Notes: generated from the sequence alone by a model not told the origin. Shown: positions 9,088-19,653, counted from the stretch's first letter. The stretch: DNA of 64,000 nucleotides from Patescibacteria group bacterium (GCA_038065095.1 JBBTRR010000004.1:15998-79997), one strand, 5' to 3'. Made by a program: numbers and translations.

Positions 9088-9362
9088 AAAGTATTAAGAT
9101 ACTTTATGGCTTTGTCGGCCGAATCAAAAGATGGCGACAAATTCTTTTTTGTTTGAATGTCTTTTTCTATGCCACCTAAAAGACGCTCAAATTCAGGCGT
9201 CATTTGAGGAATACTAGAGAAATAAACTTCACGACTGCGAATGAAGTTTCTTAAAGCCGCGTTTATTACATCGCTTAAAGATAAGCCTAAATCCTTAGCT
9301 AGTTTCTGAACCGTATTTTTTATTTCTTTTTCGGTTTTAATGTTTATTATAGTTTTTGACAT
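9084..9362 (-). CDS. RelB/DinJ-family antitoxin
   Basis: 92 aa, RHH-like N-terminus (LSDVINAALRNFI), immediately upstream of and overlapping the toxin gene. Confidence 0.65.
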   Translation of the reverse strand: MSKTIINIKTEKEIKNTVQKLAKDLGLSLSDVINAALRNFIRSREVYFSSIPQMTPEFERLLGGIEKDIQTKKNLSPSFDSADKAIKYLNTL

Positions 9363-9402
9363 ATAACTAAAGTATATACAACAGTTAGGTATGAGTCAAT
9401 CT

Positions 9403-10920
9403 TTAATTTTGCGGTCTATATTGCAACGCTTCGTTAATATGATCGGGCGCAATATTTTCCGATGCTGAAAGATCAGCAATAGTGCGGGCGAGTTTTAAAA
9501 CTCGGTGGTAACCGCGGGCCGAAAGATTATATTTATAAACCGCGGTTTTAATAAGTTCTTGGCATTTTTCGTCTAGCCGGCAAAATAGTTTTATATCTTT
9601 TAACCGCATTTCGCTATTAGTAGCAAAGCCAAAATTTTTAAATCTTTCACGTTGGATTTTTCTGGCACTTTCCACCCGTTCTCTAATCTTATTTGATGCT
9701 TCGGCTACACTTTCCGAGGCTAATTTTTCGTATTGTACTCTGGGCACCTCCACGTGAAGGTCTATCCTGTCTAAAAGAGGTCCAGAGATTTTTCTTTTAT
9801 ATTTTTGAACTTGAAAAGGTGTGCAAACACATTCTTTTTGTGGGTCGTTTAAAAAACCACAAGGGCAGGGGTTCATAGTGGCGGTTAAAATAAATTTAGC
9901 GGGGAAAGTTAAACTACCTTTTACACGCGAAACTGTAACAGTGCCGTCTTCTAAGGGTTGGCGCAAACTTTCTAAAACATCGCGGTTAAATTCGGGAAAT
10001 TCGTCTAAAAATAAAACACCTCGGTGCGATAAAGTTATTTCACCTGGTTTAGGCACACTGCCCCCGCCAACTAAGGCCGCGGCCGAAGACGTATGATGTG
10101 GCGATCTAAATGGCCGTGTTCTTATTAACGGTTCTTTGTGGCTGATTAAACCAGCTACCGAAAAAATTCTAGTGCTCTCTAAAATTTCTTCTTTTTCCAT
10201 AGCAGGTAATATAGAAATTAAAGCTCGAGCTAGCAATGTTTTGCCGGATCCCGGGGGCCCGCTCATTAGTATGTTGTGATTTCCTGCCGCAGTAACTTCT
10301 AGGGCGCGCTTGGCAAAATCTTGGTCTTTAATATAGGCAAAATCGTGTTCGTATTCTTGCTTAATTGGCGCGAGAATAACTGGTTCTATGGGTTTTATTA
10401 TTTTTCTTTTAGAAAAATGTTCGCAGGCTTCGGCTAGGTTTTTTAGTGGAAAAATATCTATACCATCAACTAGTCCAGCTTCCTTAGCGTTTTCTTCGGG
10501 TACATAAAGTTCTTTTGTGCCAAATGTTCTTGCCATAATAGCAATTGGCATAACACCAAAAACAGGTCTAATAGAACCGTCTAATGCGAGTTCGCCTATG
10601 AATATTTTACCTTCGGGGTCAAAATTAATCTGCCTAGAAACTAAAAGATAAGCCAAGGCTATCGGGAGGTCATATTTTGGGCCTTCTTTTTTTAGATCAG
10701 CTGGAGCCAAATTAACAATTACTCGCTTATTAGATTGATTTGGTGGAATTAAACCCGTATTTTTTATAGCAGCCGAAACCCTATCTTTAGCTTCTTCTAT
10801 GGCTTTATCTGGTAAGCCTACAATATTAAAAACATGTAGACCTCGGGCAAGGTCTACCTCAACTTCTACAGGTTGAGCATCTAAGCCAACCAAAGCCGCA
10901 GAATATATTTTACTAGGCAC
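9403..10920 (-). CDS. comM: YifB/ComM family Mg-chelatase-like AAA+ ATPase
   Basis: N-terminal Lon-like domain; Walker [15 protein letters not shown]; C-terminal Mg-chelatase ChlI-like region. Confidence 0.85.
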   Translation of the reverse strand: MPSKIYSAALVGLDAQPVEVEVDLARGLHVFNIVGLPDKAIEEAKDRVSAAIKNTGLIPPNQSNKRVIVNLAPADLKKEGPKYDLPIALAYLLVSRQINFDPEGKIFIGELALDGSIRPVFGVMPIAIMARTFGTKELYVPEENAKEAGLVDGIDIFPLKNLAEACEHFSKRKIIKPIEPVILAPIKQEYEHDFAYIKDQDFAKRALEVTAAGNHNILMSGPPGSGKTLLARALISILPAMEKEEILESTRIFSVAGLISHKEPLIRTRPFRSPHHTSSAAALVGGGSVPKPGEITLSHRGVLFLDEFPEFNRDVLESLRQPLEDGTVTVSRVKGSLTFPAKFILTATMNPCPCGFLNDPQKECVCTPFQVQKYKRKISGPLLDRIDLHVEVPRVQYEKLASESVAEASNKIRERVESARKIQRERFKNFGFATNSEMRLKDIKLFCRLDEKCQELIKTAVYKYNLSARGYHRVLKLARTIADLSASENIAPDHINEALQYRPQN

Positions 10921-11024
10921 ACATATATATCAAATATCAAAGATTAAAAATCAAAGTTATAATTCAAATTTTAAATTTTTATTTTTGATATGTAATTTTG
11001 ATATTTTGTTTTTAATTTTTGATT

Positions 11025-11378
11025 TTAATTAGTATGTTGGGTGCAGTTTCTGGCCGAAGGATTTGCACGTAAGCGTTCTATATCTATTGCTGTTCCGCAT
11101 TTTTCACATATACCAAAAGTATTATTTTTAATTTTATCTAAAGAATCGTTAATATCTCGCAACCTTGTTTCTAGGCTGTGTTCCATTGGTAAACGAGTGA
11201 TATATTCTGTTACCTCTTGAGAATTTTCATCCCAACCATCGCCTAAGTTTTCATAGGTGGTATCCCAATCGCCTTTTATATTTTTGTCGGGGTGAGCAAA
11301 AGAAGTTAGCTCCTCGGTTAAGGCTTTTCTCTCTTTTTCTAAAAGTAATCCCAGTTCTTTTATTAATTCTTGATTCAT
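11025..11378 (-). CDS. DksA/TraR-family C4 zinc-finger protein
   Basis: C-terminal CEKCGTAIDIERLRANPSARNCTQH (CxxC-x17-CxxH/C). Confidence 0.65.
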   Translation of the reverse strand: MNQELIKELGLLLEKERKALTEELTSFAHPDKNIKGDWDTTYENLGDGWDENSQEVTEYITRLPMEHSLETRLRDINDSLDKIKNNTFGICEKCGTAIDIERLRANPSARNCTQHTN

Positions 11379-11582
11379 TTACTCATTATATTTTATTAGT
11401 TTGAATAAGAAAAGCCTAGTAACGTACATTCGTATGCGTTACTAGGCAAAGCTCCGTAAGTTCAACTAGCTTGAGTTACTGGGGGCTGATTTGCCATGTT
11501 TTATATATTGTGCTTATATATACAAACATCAGACACGGATTGAACCTTACAAAATAACCCCCTATAACAAGGAGTTTGTAGC

Positions 11583-12476
11583 ATGAAACGAGCTGCTTTG
11601 ATCGCCTTTTTGGCGATTTTCACAGTTTTACCTAGGTTGTCTTTTGCCTTTGTAACTAGAGGAGATACCGTCTATTTTGATGGTTACAGTAGTTGGGCTT
11701 ATACATACAAAGACAATGCTGGGAGTGATAATCATTTGACTCTCAATAGGCTTTGGCTGAATAGCTATAAAGATATCAATCTTCCTTATGAAGTTGGTCG
11801 TTCTTATATTTTAATGGCCGCATCTTTGGAAGATAAGGTTGTAAAGATTCAAGAGTCCAGCTTAAATTGGGCTGTAGCCTTTGGTCCAGTTAACAAAGTA
11901 ACTATTGGCCGATTTGCTCCACCATTTGCGGAAGAGTGGCTGAAAGATCCTGACCAACTGAACTTGGTTAGGTATTCGTCAATTTTTGATCAGTTAGTCT
12001 ATCGAGATGATGGCGCGCAAATTGATTTATCAAAAAAAAGATTGCGTGTATCGTTCGCATCTTTTTTAGGTGAACGTAGTGGTGGAGTTGTGCGTGAACA
12101 GAAAGACGGCAAAGCCCACTTGTATTCAAAGGCAGTTTTTATTCTGCCCGGGAGCATTGAGTTTTCTGGTAGTTACAGATGGAGCCGTACTCGGAATAAT
12201 CTTTGGGCGGCTTCTGGGAAATGGCAGAAAAGTAATTTCAGAAGCGTCTCCTTTGAGGTAGTTGGTTTTGGAAAAGATATTCAGTGGTTTGCTAATTACG
12301 GCCAAAAAATCGCAACTCACTTTTTAGTTACCGCGAGATACGAAGATTTAAAGTATCAGTCGAACAGAACTATTCTTGGGGTTAGGTTTTATACGAGGCA
12401 TATTGATATAAAAACTTCTACAGTATTTTCTGATCCACCTGTTTGGATTTCATCAGAAGTGTTGTTTCGATTCTAG
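11583..12476 (+). CDS. Secreted hypothetical protein (signal peptide, beta-rich)
   Basis: N-terminal signal MKRAALIAFLAIFTVLPRLSFA; alternating hydrophobic pattern; ends ...VLFRF. Confidence 0.5.
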   Translation: MKRAALIAFLAIFTVLPRLSFAFVTRGDTVYFDGYSSWAYTYKDNAGSDNHLTLNRLWLNSYKDINLPYEVGRSYILMAASLEDKVVKIQESSLNWAVAFGPVNKVTIGRFAPPFAEEWLKDPDQLNLVRYSSIFDQLVYRDDGAQIDLSKKRLRVSFASFLGERSGGVVREQKDGKAHLYSKAVFILPGSIEFSGSYRWSRTRNNLWAASGKWQKSNFRSVSFEVVGFGKDIQWFANYGQKIATHFLVTARYEDLKYQSNRTILGVRFYTRHIDIKTSTVFSDPPVWISSEVLFRF

Positions 12477-12479
12477 ATT

Positions 12480-13255
12480 TTGTTCCAAAAATAAGTCCGT
12501 GTTCCATAGCGAACGCGGATTTTTTATTGTTTATTTATGAGCGTAGCGAATAACTATAAACAATAACCCCGCCCCAAACCAAGCATTAAAAAGTTTAGTG
12601 CAAGTTGAGAGCCGAAGGCGTATCGCTAATAAACAAATTAAGTGAGCATAGTCGATTGGGTTTGATGCGGGGTATGATAAACAATAAAAAAACCTGCTCT
12701 GGATCGAGCAGGTTGTGCATCGCAACTTTTTTGTTGCAGTGCTAGAAAATAAGCACCCTGTGTTTCCCAATTTATTTTTTTATAAAGAACTAACAATAAC
12801 TGAAAAATTATACTAACAGAAACATTTGCATGTTCCGTTTTCTAGGCTCGGAACAACGTTGTTCTCCGATTGTTATCGGAGAGGATATGTTGGAGTCGGT
12901 TCAATCAACCAACTATTTATATTTGGGTCGGAACCGACCCAACAAGCTCCCGCAATTTTTTTGTTGCGAGAAAAAATTTCTAAGGTATCCCAATTTAAAT
13001 ACGGAAGCCTTAGAGTTCTAGCCAACTCATCCCATGTAGGGAATTAAAAGAACAATGTAGCACCAACATTAACCAGTTGGCACCGATAAATAAAAACAAT
13101 TGAACCAGTTAGAACTAACTTAATCTTCGCACCACACTGCATAAAAGTAAATACAACAGAATCCCAAAATGATGTCTAGGAGTGTCAACAAGTTAATCGT
13201 GCGATGGTTGCTCGGATTTTTGAAGGTATTTTTTTAAAAAGCTTGCAAAGAACAG
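12480..13255. other. ORF-poor structured region between convergent genes (candidate ncRNA)
   Basis: About 780 bp without a credible ORF. Multiple hairpins, including two similar gcaa-T7-gttgc hairpins (tcgcaacttttttgttgcag; ccgcaatttttttgttgcgag), ttgggtcggaaccgacccaa and ctccgattgttatcggag. Confidence 0.25.
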
Positions 13256-13981
13256 TCAATTTTCCACAGAGTCATTTTCATCATTTTTAAATTGTGATCT
13301 TTGCGTGGCTTTAAAATAGTTAGATATTGGAAAGTGGTAGGCTATTAAATTTGGAGTAATTTCAAAATCAAATGTTAAAGAATTTTTGTTTAAAACTTTT
13401 TTTTCAAATTTGTTTTTTAAATAATGAGTTTGAATTTTATAAGAAATTTTTTCTAAAAAATTTGCGAGATTTATTTTTTCTAAAACTTTTTCCAAAAAAG
13501 TTTTAAGCCAAATTTTTTTATTATCATATTTAACTAAAAAACTTTTTTCGTTTTCAAAATCAGTTTCATAAAAGTTTTTTAGCCAATAATTTTCACTCCA
13601 GAAATTTTTTATTTCACTTTCGTTGCCCCAAACAGGTTTTAAGTTTTTATAAAAACTTGCGCCAATTAAATCTTGGTGTGGTAGTAATGGCGAAGAGTTA
13701 GATAAAAAAATATTAAAACAAAATCTATTTTTTATTTTTTTCTTTGATCTTCTTTTGCCAAAAATAAAAGTTGCAAGTTCTAAAAAGAGTCTGTTTAACC
13801 AGACTCTTTTTTCCTCCGAAATTATTATTAAATCAATGTCGCTTTCAGGTTTAGGATTACCTACGGCGGTGGAGCCTGCTAAAAAAATTGCGCGAGTGTA
13901 AGGGCAGTTTATTAGTATTGGCAAAAATTTTTTTAGCAGAGATATTTTATAATCAATTTCTTTTTTAAAGCTAAGAAACAT
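13256..13981 (-). CDS. Nucleotidyltransferase-domain protein (Pol-beta superfamily)
   Basis: IFLAGSTAVGNPKPESDIDLIII matches the GS...DxD minimal NTase motif. Confidence 0.55.
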   Translation of the reverse strand: MFLSFKKEIDYKISLLKKFLPILINCPYTRAIFLAGSTAVGNPKPESDIDLIIISEEKRVWLNRLFLELATFIFGKRRSKKKIKNRFCFNIFLSNSSPLLPHQDLIGASFYKNLKPVWGNESEIKNFWSENYWLKNFYETDFENEKSFLVKYDNKKIWLKTFLEKVLEKINLANFLEKISYKIQTHYLKNKFEKKVLNKNSLTFDFEITPNLIAYHFPISNYFKATQRSQFKNDENDSVEN

Positions 13982-13982
13982 T

Positions 13983-15440
13983 TTATGGATTTGTAATTAT
14001 GACCGAATCAATTGCTTTTAATATAGCACTCTTAGAAGTGGTTATTATTAGAACATCGTCTATTAAAGTATATTCCACTGTAATTGTATTTATGGGTAAG
14101 TTTTTATAATGAATAGTTTGGTTTTGGTAAGTTCCTGTTTGGAAAGTCGGGCTAGCTGCTACACCTACTTTAGATAGCACTAAAGGTTTAAGATCGGTAA
14201 CCATTGTTTTTTCCCAAGCCTTAAGTGGTGCAGAAATTTTTGTGGAATCTAAAACTTTTATAGCCATACCTAATCTTGGTCCGTAACAAGAAGTAGGAGA
14301 ATTTTTTATTTTGGCACATTCGGTTTTATCGAAAGCTTTATTGCCACCGAAGGCGAATACATCAAATTCACTTGAAAGTTCTTTTTTAACTGAAATAGGA
14401 ATTTTTATCTTTAATACCTTCATTATTTCATCTAAAGTGGTTATTTCGGTGACTGAAGATTCATTTGTGGTAGTGTCGGTTACACTTTTTTGGACAATTA
14501 ATTTTGCAAGTATATTGTCTCCAACTAGTTCATTATTTATTTTTATTATGTTGGCAACATCTACGATTTGTGTATTTGGGTCATAAGAAAGCAAGCCAGT
14601 AGCAATAGGCTCTGTTGGAATTTGAACTTCTGGAGTTGCAGGTGCTTGTTCTATAGGTAACAATGGTTGCAATTCTTGAGGTGGAGGTAAAATATCTTGC
14701 GTGGTTGCTTGTTCTGAAGCTGGTGTTTGACGCAAAAAGAACCACCATATTTCTCCGGCCACAAAAGATAAAATTAAAACCGATATAACTCCAATCAAAA
14801 CCAATTTACCCCTGCCACCTTTTCTGGAAGGAAAAGAAGATACACCACCTTGTTTCGATGGTATTGGTGGTAAAGGCGGAAGATTTGGTCTAAATGTTGG
14901 CAGTGGAGGTAATGGTGGTAGTTTTGGTGGTTGCTGTTGTTGCTGCTGTATGGGTGGTTGAGTTAAAGGCCTTGGAGGAGGCATGGGAGTAGGAGATGGT
15001 CGAGATGGCATTGTAGTAGGCTCCATTGGTAATCCCAGAGGAGGAGCTTGGCGTTGTTGTTGATAATTTTCTGGTGGCATTATAGGTTTTTTAATTGGAG
15101 TTTCAAATGGTTGAGGTTTACTAGGAGAAAGTGGTGGGGGTGAAACTAGTGGTTTTGAATATTGGTGATTTATATTTTCTTCTCTGCTTACTTCTAGTTT
15201 TTTGCTTTCTGGTATCGGAAGGCCTCGTTTTATTGTGCCTATGTCTGGAAAAGAAGGTTTAATTTGGGGTTGGCTAATATTTGAAGGGGCTAGGGTTATT
15301 TCTGAATGCAAAGACCCCGAACCCTTTTTAAGGGCTTCAATATCGCCAGCCATAGTTCTTATTTTATAGGCCAGAGAGTTTTTTGGTTCTTGGGTTGTAG
15401 AAGAAGGAGGCACGGATAAAATTAAAAAATCAAAAATCAA
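13983..15440 (-). CDS. Proline-rich membrane protein, hypothetical
   Basis: 485 aa; long P/Q-rich low-complexity region, single TM (LVLIGVISVLILSFVAGEIWWFFL), C-terminal about 200-aa domain. Confidence 0.5.
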   Translation of the reverse strand: MIFDFLILSVPPSSTTQEPKNSLAYKIRTMAGDIEALKKGSGSLHSEITLAPSNISQPQIKPSFPDIGTIKRGLPIPESKKLEVSREENINHQYSKPLVSPPPLSPSKPQPFETPIKKPIMPPENYQQQRQAPPLGLPMEPTTMPSRPSPTPMPPPRPLTQPPIQQQQQQPPKLPPLPPLPTFRPNLPPLPPIPSKQGGVSSFPSRKGGRGKLVLIGVISVLILSFVAGEIWWFFLRQTPASEQATTQDILPPPQELQPLLPIEQAPATPEVQIPTEPIATGLLSYDPNTQIVDVANIIKINNELVGDNILAKLIVQKSVTDTTTNESSVTEITTLDEIMKVLKIKIPISVKKELSSEFDVFAFGGNKAFDKTECAKIKNSPTSCYGPRLGMAIKVLDSTKISAPLKAWEKTMVTDLKPLVLSKVGVAASPTFQTGTYQNQTIHYKNLPINTITVEYTLIDDVLIITTSKSAILKAIDSVIITNP

Positions 15441-15519
15441 ATCTTAAAAGTTTGGTATCCGCCCAAGACGGTTTTTCTATAACTTTTTAATTTTGACTTG
15501 TAATTTTTCCTTTTAAATT

Positions 15520-17628
15520 TTAATTTTTAACTTGTTTTTGTGCGTCTTTAAGTGAAAGATTTATTCTGCCTTCGGTGTCTATATTTTTTACTACAACAGG
15601 GACTACGTCTCCTACATTTACAATATCCTCTACTCTATTTACGCGAAATGGTGCTAGTTCAGAAATATGGATCAAGCCCTGTTGACCAGGCAGTATTTCG
15701 GCAAATGCGCCAAAATCTAATATTTTTACTATTTTACCTTGGAACATTTCTCCTTGAACAATTTCGCGTGTAAGACTGTCTATCCATTCTTTGGCCTTTT
15801 GGACCGATTCTTCATTGTTAGAAGTTATAAAGATAGTGCCATCATCGTCTATATCTATTGTAACACCAGTTTCATCTGTTATCTGGTGAATAGTTTTCCC
15901 GCCCACGCCAATAACATCTCTAATTTTAGCAGGATTTATTTTTAAAGTTAATATTTTTGGTGCATAAGGCGACATTTTCTTTCTTGGTTCGGGAATAATT
16001 TTTAGCATGGCTTCAAGAATTTCTAATCTAGCTTTTTTAGCTTGAACCAAGGCTTGTGAAAGTATTTTAGAGGTTAAACCCGATATTTTTACATCCAGCT
16101 GCAAAACATTAACACCTTCTTTTGTACCAGCTATTTTAAAATCCATATCGCCATAATGATCTTCTGCTCCTTGTAAATCTGTAACAACGACAAACTTTTT
16201 TTCTGGATTGGTTTCGTCTTCAATAAATAAACCCATAGCTATGCCAGCTACTGGTTTTTTAATTTTTACACCTGCGTCCATTAAAGCCAGAGTCGAACCG
16301 CAAGTAGCCGCCATAGAAGTGGAGCCATTAGAAGAAAGAATTTCTGTTACAACCCTAATTGTATAGGGGAAATCTCCTTTGGTAGGAAGTACAGGTTCTA
16401 GCGCGCTTTCAGCTAGCGCACCGTGACCTATTTCTCTTCGGCCTGGGTTGCCAGTTTTACCGGTTTCTCCCGAAGAAAATGGAGGAAAGTTATAATGGTG
16501 GATATAACGTTTATTACCCTCAAATTCCATTGTTTCAATAGATTGTTCCATGCCCGGAGCGCCTAGTGTGGCAACGCACAAGGCTTGGGTTTGGCCTCTT
16601 TGGAAAATAGCCGAACCATGGGTGCGTGGCAGCACGCCAACTTCAATACTAAGTTCGCGGATTTCTTCTATTTTTCTGCCATCTACGCGTTTGTTTTTTT
16701 CTAAAATATTTTTATGAATTATTTCATTCATTTCTTCTTCAAAAAGAATGTTGGCTTCGGCTATATTTTTAGGAGTTTTTTTATCTTCGGCCATACTTAG
16801 AAAAAACTCTTTTTTAATTTCTTCGGTAGCTTCCATATCGCCCTTAGAGATAACTTCTTCTAAGCGTTTACCAACAAAACTTTTTATTTCTTTTCTTAAG
16901 GCTTCATCTGCAGAAGGCACAGAGACCAATAATGGCTTATGACCAAGAGTTTCAACTATACTTTTTTGGAAGCTTATTAATTTTTGTGTTTCTTTTTGGG
17001 CGATTTCAAAAGCCGAAATTAAATCTTCCTCGGTTACTTCGTTGGAACGGCACTCTATCATATTTACTAACTTTTCTGGGCCGGAAATAACTAAATCCAA
17101 ATCACTTTTAGCACGCTGGGCATAATTTGGGTTTACTATTATTTTTTTATTTTCATCTCGCCCTACCCTTACGGTCCCTACTGGGCCATTCCAAGGAATA
17201 CCAGAAATTAATATGGCAGTGGATCCTGCAATTATGGCAGGTATATCTGCATCATTTTCTCCATCAAAAGATAAAACAGTTACAATAAGCTGAACCTCGT
17301 TTCTTAATCTGTGGTTAAACAGAGGGCGTAAGGTTCTATCTATTAAACGAGCGGTTAGAACAGCTTCATCTGTGGCTTTGCCTTCTCTTTTTACCCAACG
17401 AGAAGCTTTAATTTTACCTGCAGCATAATATCTTTCTTCAAAATCTACGCTAAGTGGAAAGTAATCTATGCCGGTTCGTTCGTTTTTAGACATAACTACT
17501 GTGGCTAATACCACGGTTTCACCATAAGTTACTGTTACAGCGCCGTTGGCTTGCATGGCCAAATGACCTGTTTCCACCACCAATTTTTTTGAACCTATTT
17601 CAGTTTCAAATATTTTTTTATTATTCAC
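15520..17628 (-). CDS. pnp: Polyribonucleotide nucleotidyltransferase (PNPase)
   Basis: 702 aa; two RNase PH domains, KH and C-terminal S1 domain. Downstream of rpsO as in the canonical operon. Confidence 0.92.
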   Translation of the reverse strand: MNNKKIFETEIGSKKLVVETGHLAMQANGAVTVTYGETVVLATVVMSKNERTGIDYFPLSVDFEERYYAAGKIKASRWVKREGKATDEAVLTARLIDRTLRPLFNHRLRNEVQLIVTVLSFDGENDADIPAIIAGSTAILISGIPWNGPVGTVRVGRDENKKIIVNPNYAQRAKSDLDLVISGPEKLVNMIECRSNEVTEEDLISAFEIAQKETQKLISFQKSIVETLGHKPLLVSVPSADEALRKEIKSFVGKRLEEVISKGDMEATEEIKKEFFLSMAEDKKTPKNIAEANILFEEEMNEIIHKNILEKNKRVDGRKIEEIRELSIEVGVLPRTHGSAIFQRGQTQALCVATLGAPGMEQSIETMEFEGNKRYIHHYNFPPFSSGETGKTGNPGRREIGHGALAESALEPVLPTKGDFPYTIRVVTEILSSNGSTSMAATCGSTLALMDAGVKIKKPVAGIAMGLFIEDETNPEKKFVVVTDLQGAEDHYGDMDFKIAGTKEGVNVLQLDVKISGLTSKILSQALVQAKKARLEILEAMLKIIPEPRKKMSPYAPKILTLKINPAKIRDVIGVGGKTIHQITDETGVTIDIDDDGTIFITSNNEESVQKAKEWIDSLTREIVQGEMFQGKIVKILDFGAFAEILPGQQGLIHISELAPFRVNRVEDIVNVGDVVPVVVKNIDTEGRINLSLKDAQKQVKN

Positions 17629-17730
17629 TTATATTGTCGGCCGACAATACAACCAAGGCTCGAATGTATCCTTATACTTCCCCTGCAAAGAAACATAAGG
17701 ATAAACTCGCTTTCCGATTGTTCGTCGGCT

Positions 17731-18249
17731 TTATTGTTTATTATTTTTTCCTAGTAAGTACTGTTCATTAACTCCTAAATTAACAAAAATATCGGCTGAT
17801 TCTATAAGTTTAGCCGAAGCCGTTCTTTCAAAAGCCATAACCTCAACTTGAAGTCCACGGTTAAATTTTAAATATTCAACCAATGGAACAAAGTCGCCAT
17901 CTCCTGTTACCAAAACAACAGCATCTAACTGGGCCGATAATCTTACAGCATCAATAGCCATACCCACATCCCAGTCGCCTTTTTTCATGCCACCAGGAAA
18001 AATCTGAAGGTCTTTAACCCTCATTTCTATGCCTAATTTATTTAGAGCTTCAAAAAAAGACTTTTCTTCTCCAGATTCTGTCTTTATAACATAGGCCATA
18101 ACTCTAACAAGCTTCCTTCCAGACATAGCCATTCTAAGGACTTCTTTAAAGTTAACTCTACTATTATGTATATGCTTTGCAGAGTGATACAAATTTTGGA
18201 CGTCTATAAAGACACCTACTCTTTGTTCTTTATGTTTTATAGCAGACAT
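17731..18249 (-). CDS. NYN/LabA-like (PIN-like) domain protein
   Basis: VGVFIDVQNLYHS ... VLVTGDGDFVPLVEYL is typical of NYN (DUF88) domains. Confidence 0.7.
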   Translation of the reverse strand: MSAIKHKEQRVGVFIDVQNLYHSAKHIHNSRVNFKEVLRMAMSGRKLVRVMAYVIKTESGEEKSFFEALNKLGIEMRVKDLQIFPGGMKKGDWDVGMAIDAVRLSAQLDAVVLVTGDGDFVPLVEYLKFNRGLQVEVMAFERTASAKLIESADIFVNLGVNEQYLLGKNNKQ

Positions 18250-18361
18250 TTAGTTTATAGTTTATGGTTATTGGTTTTAGTTGATTAGTCTCAGGTTTTT
18301 AGTTTTACCGTATAACTACAAACTAAAAACCAGAACTTAAAACCAAGAACTAAAAACAGTC

Positions 18362-18628
18362 TTATTTCTTTAACCCTAGTTTCTTTATTAAGGAGTTATA
18401 TTTTTTCTCGTCGTTTTTGGATAAGTAATTCAAAAGAGACTTTCTGTGAGAAACCATCTTAAGAAGACCTCTGCGGGAGTGATTATCCTTAGGATTTTTC
18501 TTGAGATGCAAAGCCAGTCGTTCTATTTCTTCTGTAATAACGGCAACCTGAACACTGGCTGAGCCAGTATCCTTTTCGTGGTCTTGATAAGACTTGATTA
18601 TTTTGTCTTTTTGTTTTGTTGTAAGCAT
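18362..18628 (-). CDS. rpsO: 30S ribosomal protein S15
   Basis: 88 aa; [50 protein letters not shown] matches the S15 consensus. Confidence 0.92.
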   Translation of the reverse strand: MLTTKQKDKIIKSYQDHEKDTGSASVQVAVITEEIERLALHLKKNPKDNHSRRGLLKMVSHRKSLLNYLSKNDEKKYNSLIKKLGLKK

Positions 18629-18891
18629 AAAAACATTAGTCGGAACAGTATTAATTGTTCCAATTAGGTGCTTAATTTATTTCCCTAATATTAACAGCCA
18701 TTATTCTTTTTGGCAAATGCCCAGCATTCTATCGCTAAAACACATATTATTTAAGCTATTCTTTACAAATATACGATATTTAATTGTTACAGCATTAACG
18801 TCTTTTTTGTACTCGTTTAAGGGTTACCATAACGCAGATATTAAGAATTATGGTTAATATAAAAAATAAAAAAACTAATCATAAACCATCC

Positions 18892-18927
18892 ATCCTCATA
18901 ATCACGCTCGAGCGTGATTATGAGGAT
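18892..18927. repeat. CTCGAG-centred perfect palindrome, copy 1
   Basis: atcctcataatcacgctcgagcgtgattatgaggat, 18-bp perfect arms; downstream of the YraN-like gene. Confidence 0.6.
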
Positions 18928-18966
18928 AGTACAGTACAGATGATAATCAGGAATATATTTTAAATA

Positions 18967-19461
18967 TTAGTATATGGCTGACTCAATATGTTTTATTTTT
19001 GCCTTTTTTGAAACTGAATCTATTTCAATTAAAACCGCGTCTATTTGCCAATCAGTATCTTGATCTATATTTTTTTCCGAAATATACAACTGGCATGTTC
19101 TAATAAGCTTTTTTTGTTTAAAATAGGTTAGATTATCTTCTGGTTTTAACCCAAATACATTTTTTAACGTTTTTACTTCAACAAATATTAATTTTTTATT
19201 GTTTGTTCCGTATGGATTATTTAAATTTTTGTCGTGTAAGTTTTTTTTATGCAGAGTATTTAAAACTTTGTTAGTTAATTTGTTCCATATAGAACCATTG
19301 TTATATTTTTTAAAACAAATTATATCTATTTCACCCCATTTTCTTCTAAAATTTCTTTCTATTATTTTATAACCTTTATCTTTTAGATATCTACACGCAA
19401 TATCTTCGCCAATTTTACCTACCTTAAGATGCTGTGGAGAATTAGGTTCTATGTGGAACAT
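18967..19461 (-). CDS. YraN/UPF0102-family PD-(D/E)xK endonuclease-like protein with internal insertion
   Basis: GEDIACRYLKDKGYKIIERNFRRKWGEIDIICF ... LIFVEVKT ... DAVLIEID matches UPF0102. An about 40-aa insert (KYNNGSIWNKLTNKVLNTLHKKNLHDKNLNNPYGTNNKK) lies between the two motifs. Confidence 0.6.
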   Translation of the reverse strand: MFHIEPNSPQHLKVGKIGEDIACRYLKDKGYKIIERNFRRKWGEIDIICFKKYNNGSIWNKLTNKVLNTLHKKNLHDKNLNNPYGTNNKKLIFVEVKTLKNVFGLKPEDNLTYFKQKKLIRTCQLYISEKNIDQDTDWQIDAVLIEIDSVSKKAKIKHIESAIY

Positions 19462-19521
19462 AAAATAGAGTGTAGAATTAGATATATAGTTAAATGATTA
19501 CTTTTGATTGTTTCAAACTTT

Positions 19522-19553
19522 TCTCATTTTGTCGCTCGAGCGAAAAGATGAGA
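19522..19553. repeat. CTCGAG-centred palindrome, copy 2 (divergent promoter region)
   Basis: tctcattttgtcgctcgagcgaaaagatgaga, between the divergently transcribed YraN-like and PaaX-like genes. Confidence 0.6.
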
Positions 19554-19653
19554 TTGATGTGAAAAAAGAGAAAAGGAGAAGAGACGAGACAAAATATAAA
19601 AAATTAGAGAAATTAGAGATGGATAAGTTTATATAATTTACAAGTTTGAATAA

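Noticed and set aside
11583-12476. Outer-membrane beta-barrel assignment based on C-terminal ...LFRF
   Set aside because: A single C-terminal aromatic is insufficient; no BamA/Omp85-related context is present and the rest of the gene content looks monoderm-like. Kept as a secreted hypothetical.
12531-13047. Small ORFs 12531..12770 (-) and 12826..13047 (+) in the ORF-free region
   Set aside because: Cys/Arg-rich, low-complexity translations with no start context; the region is more likely non-coding and structured.
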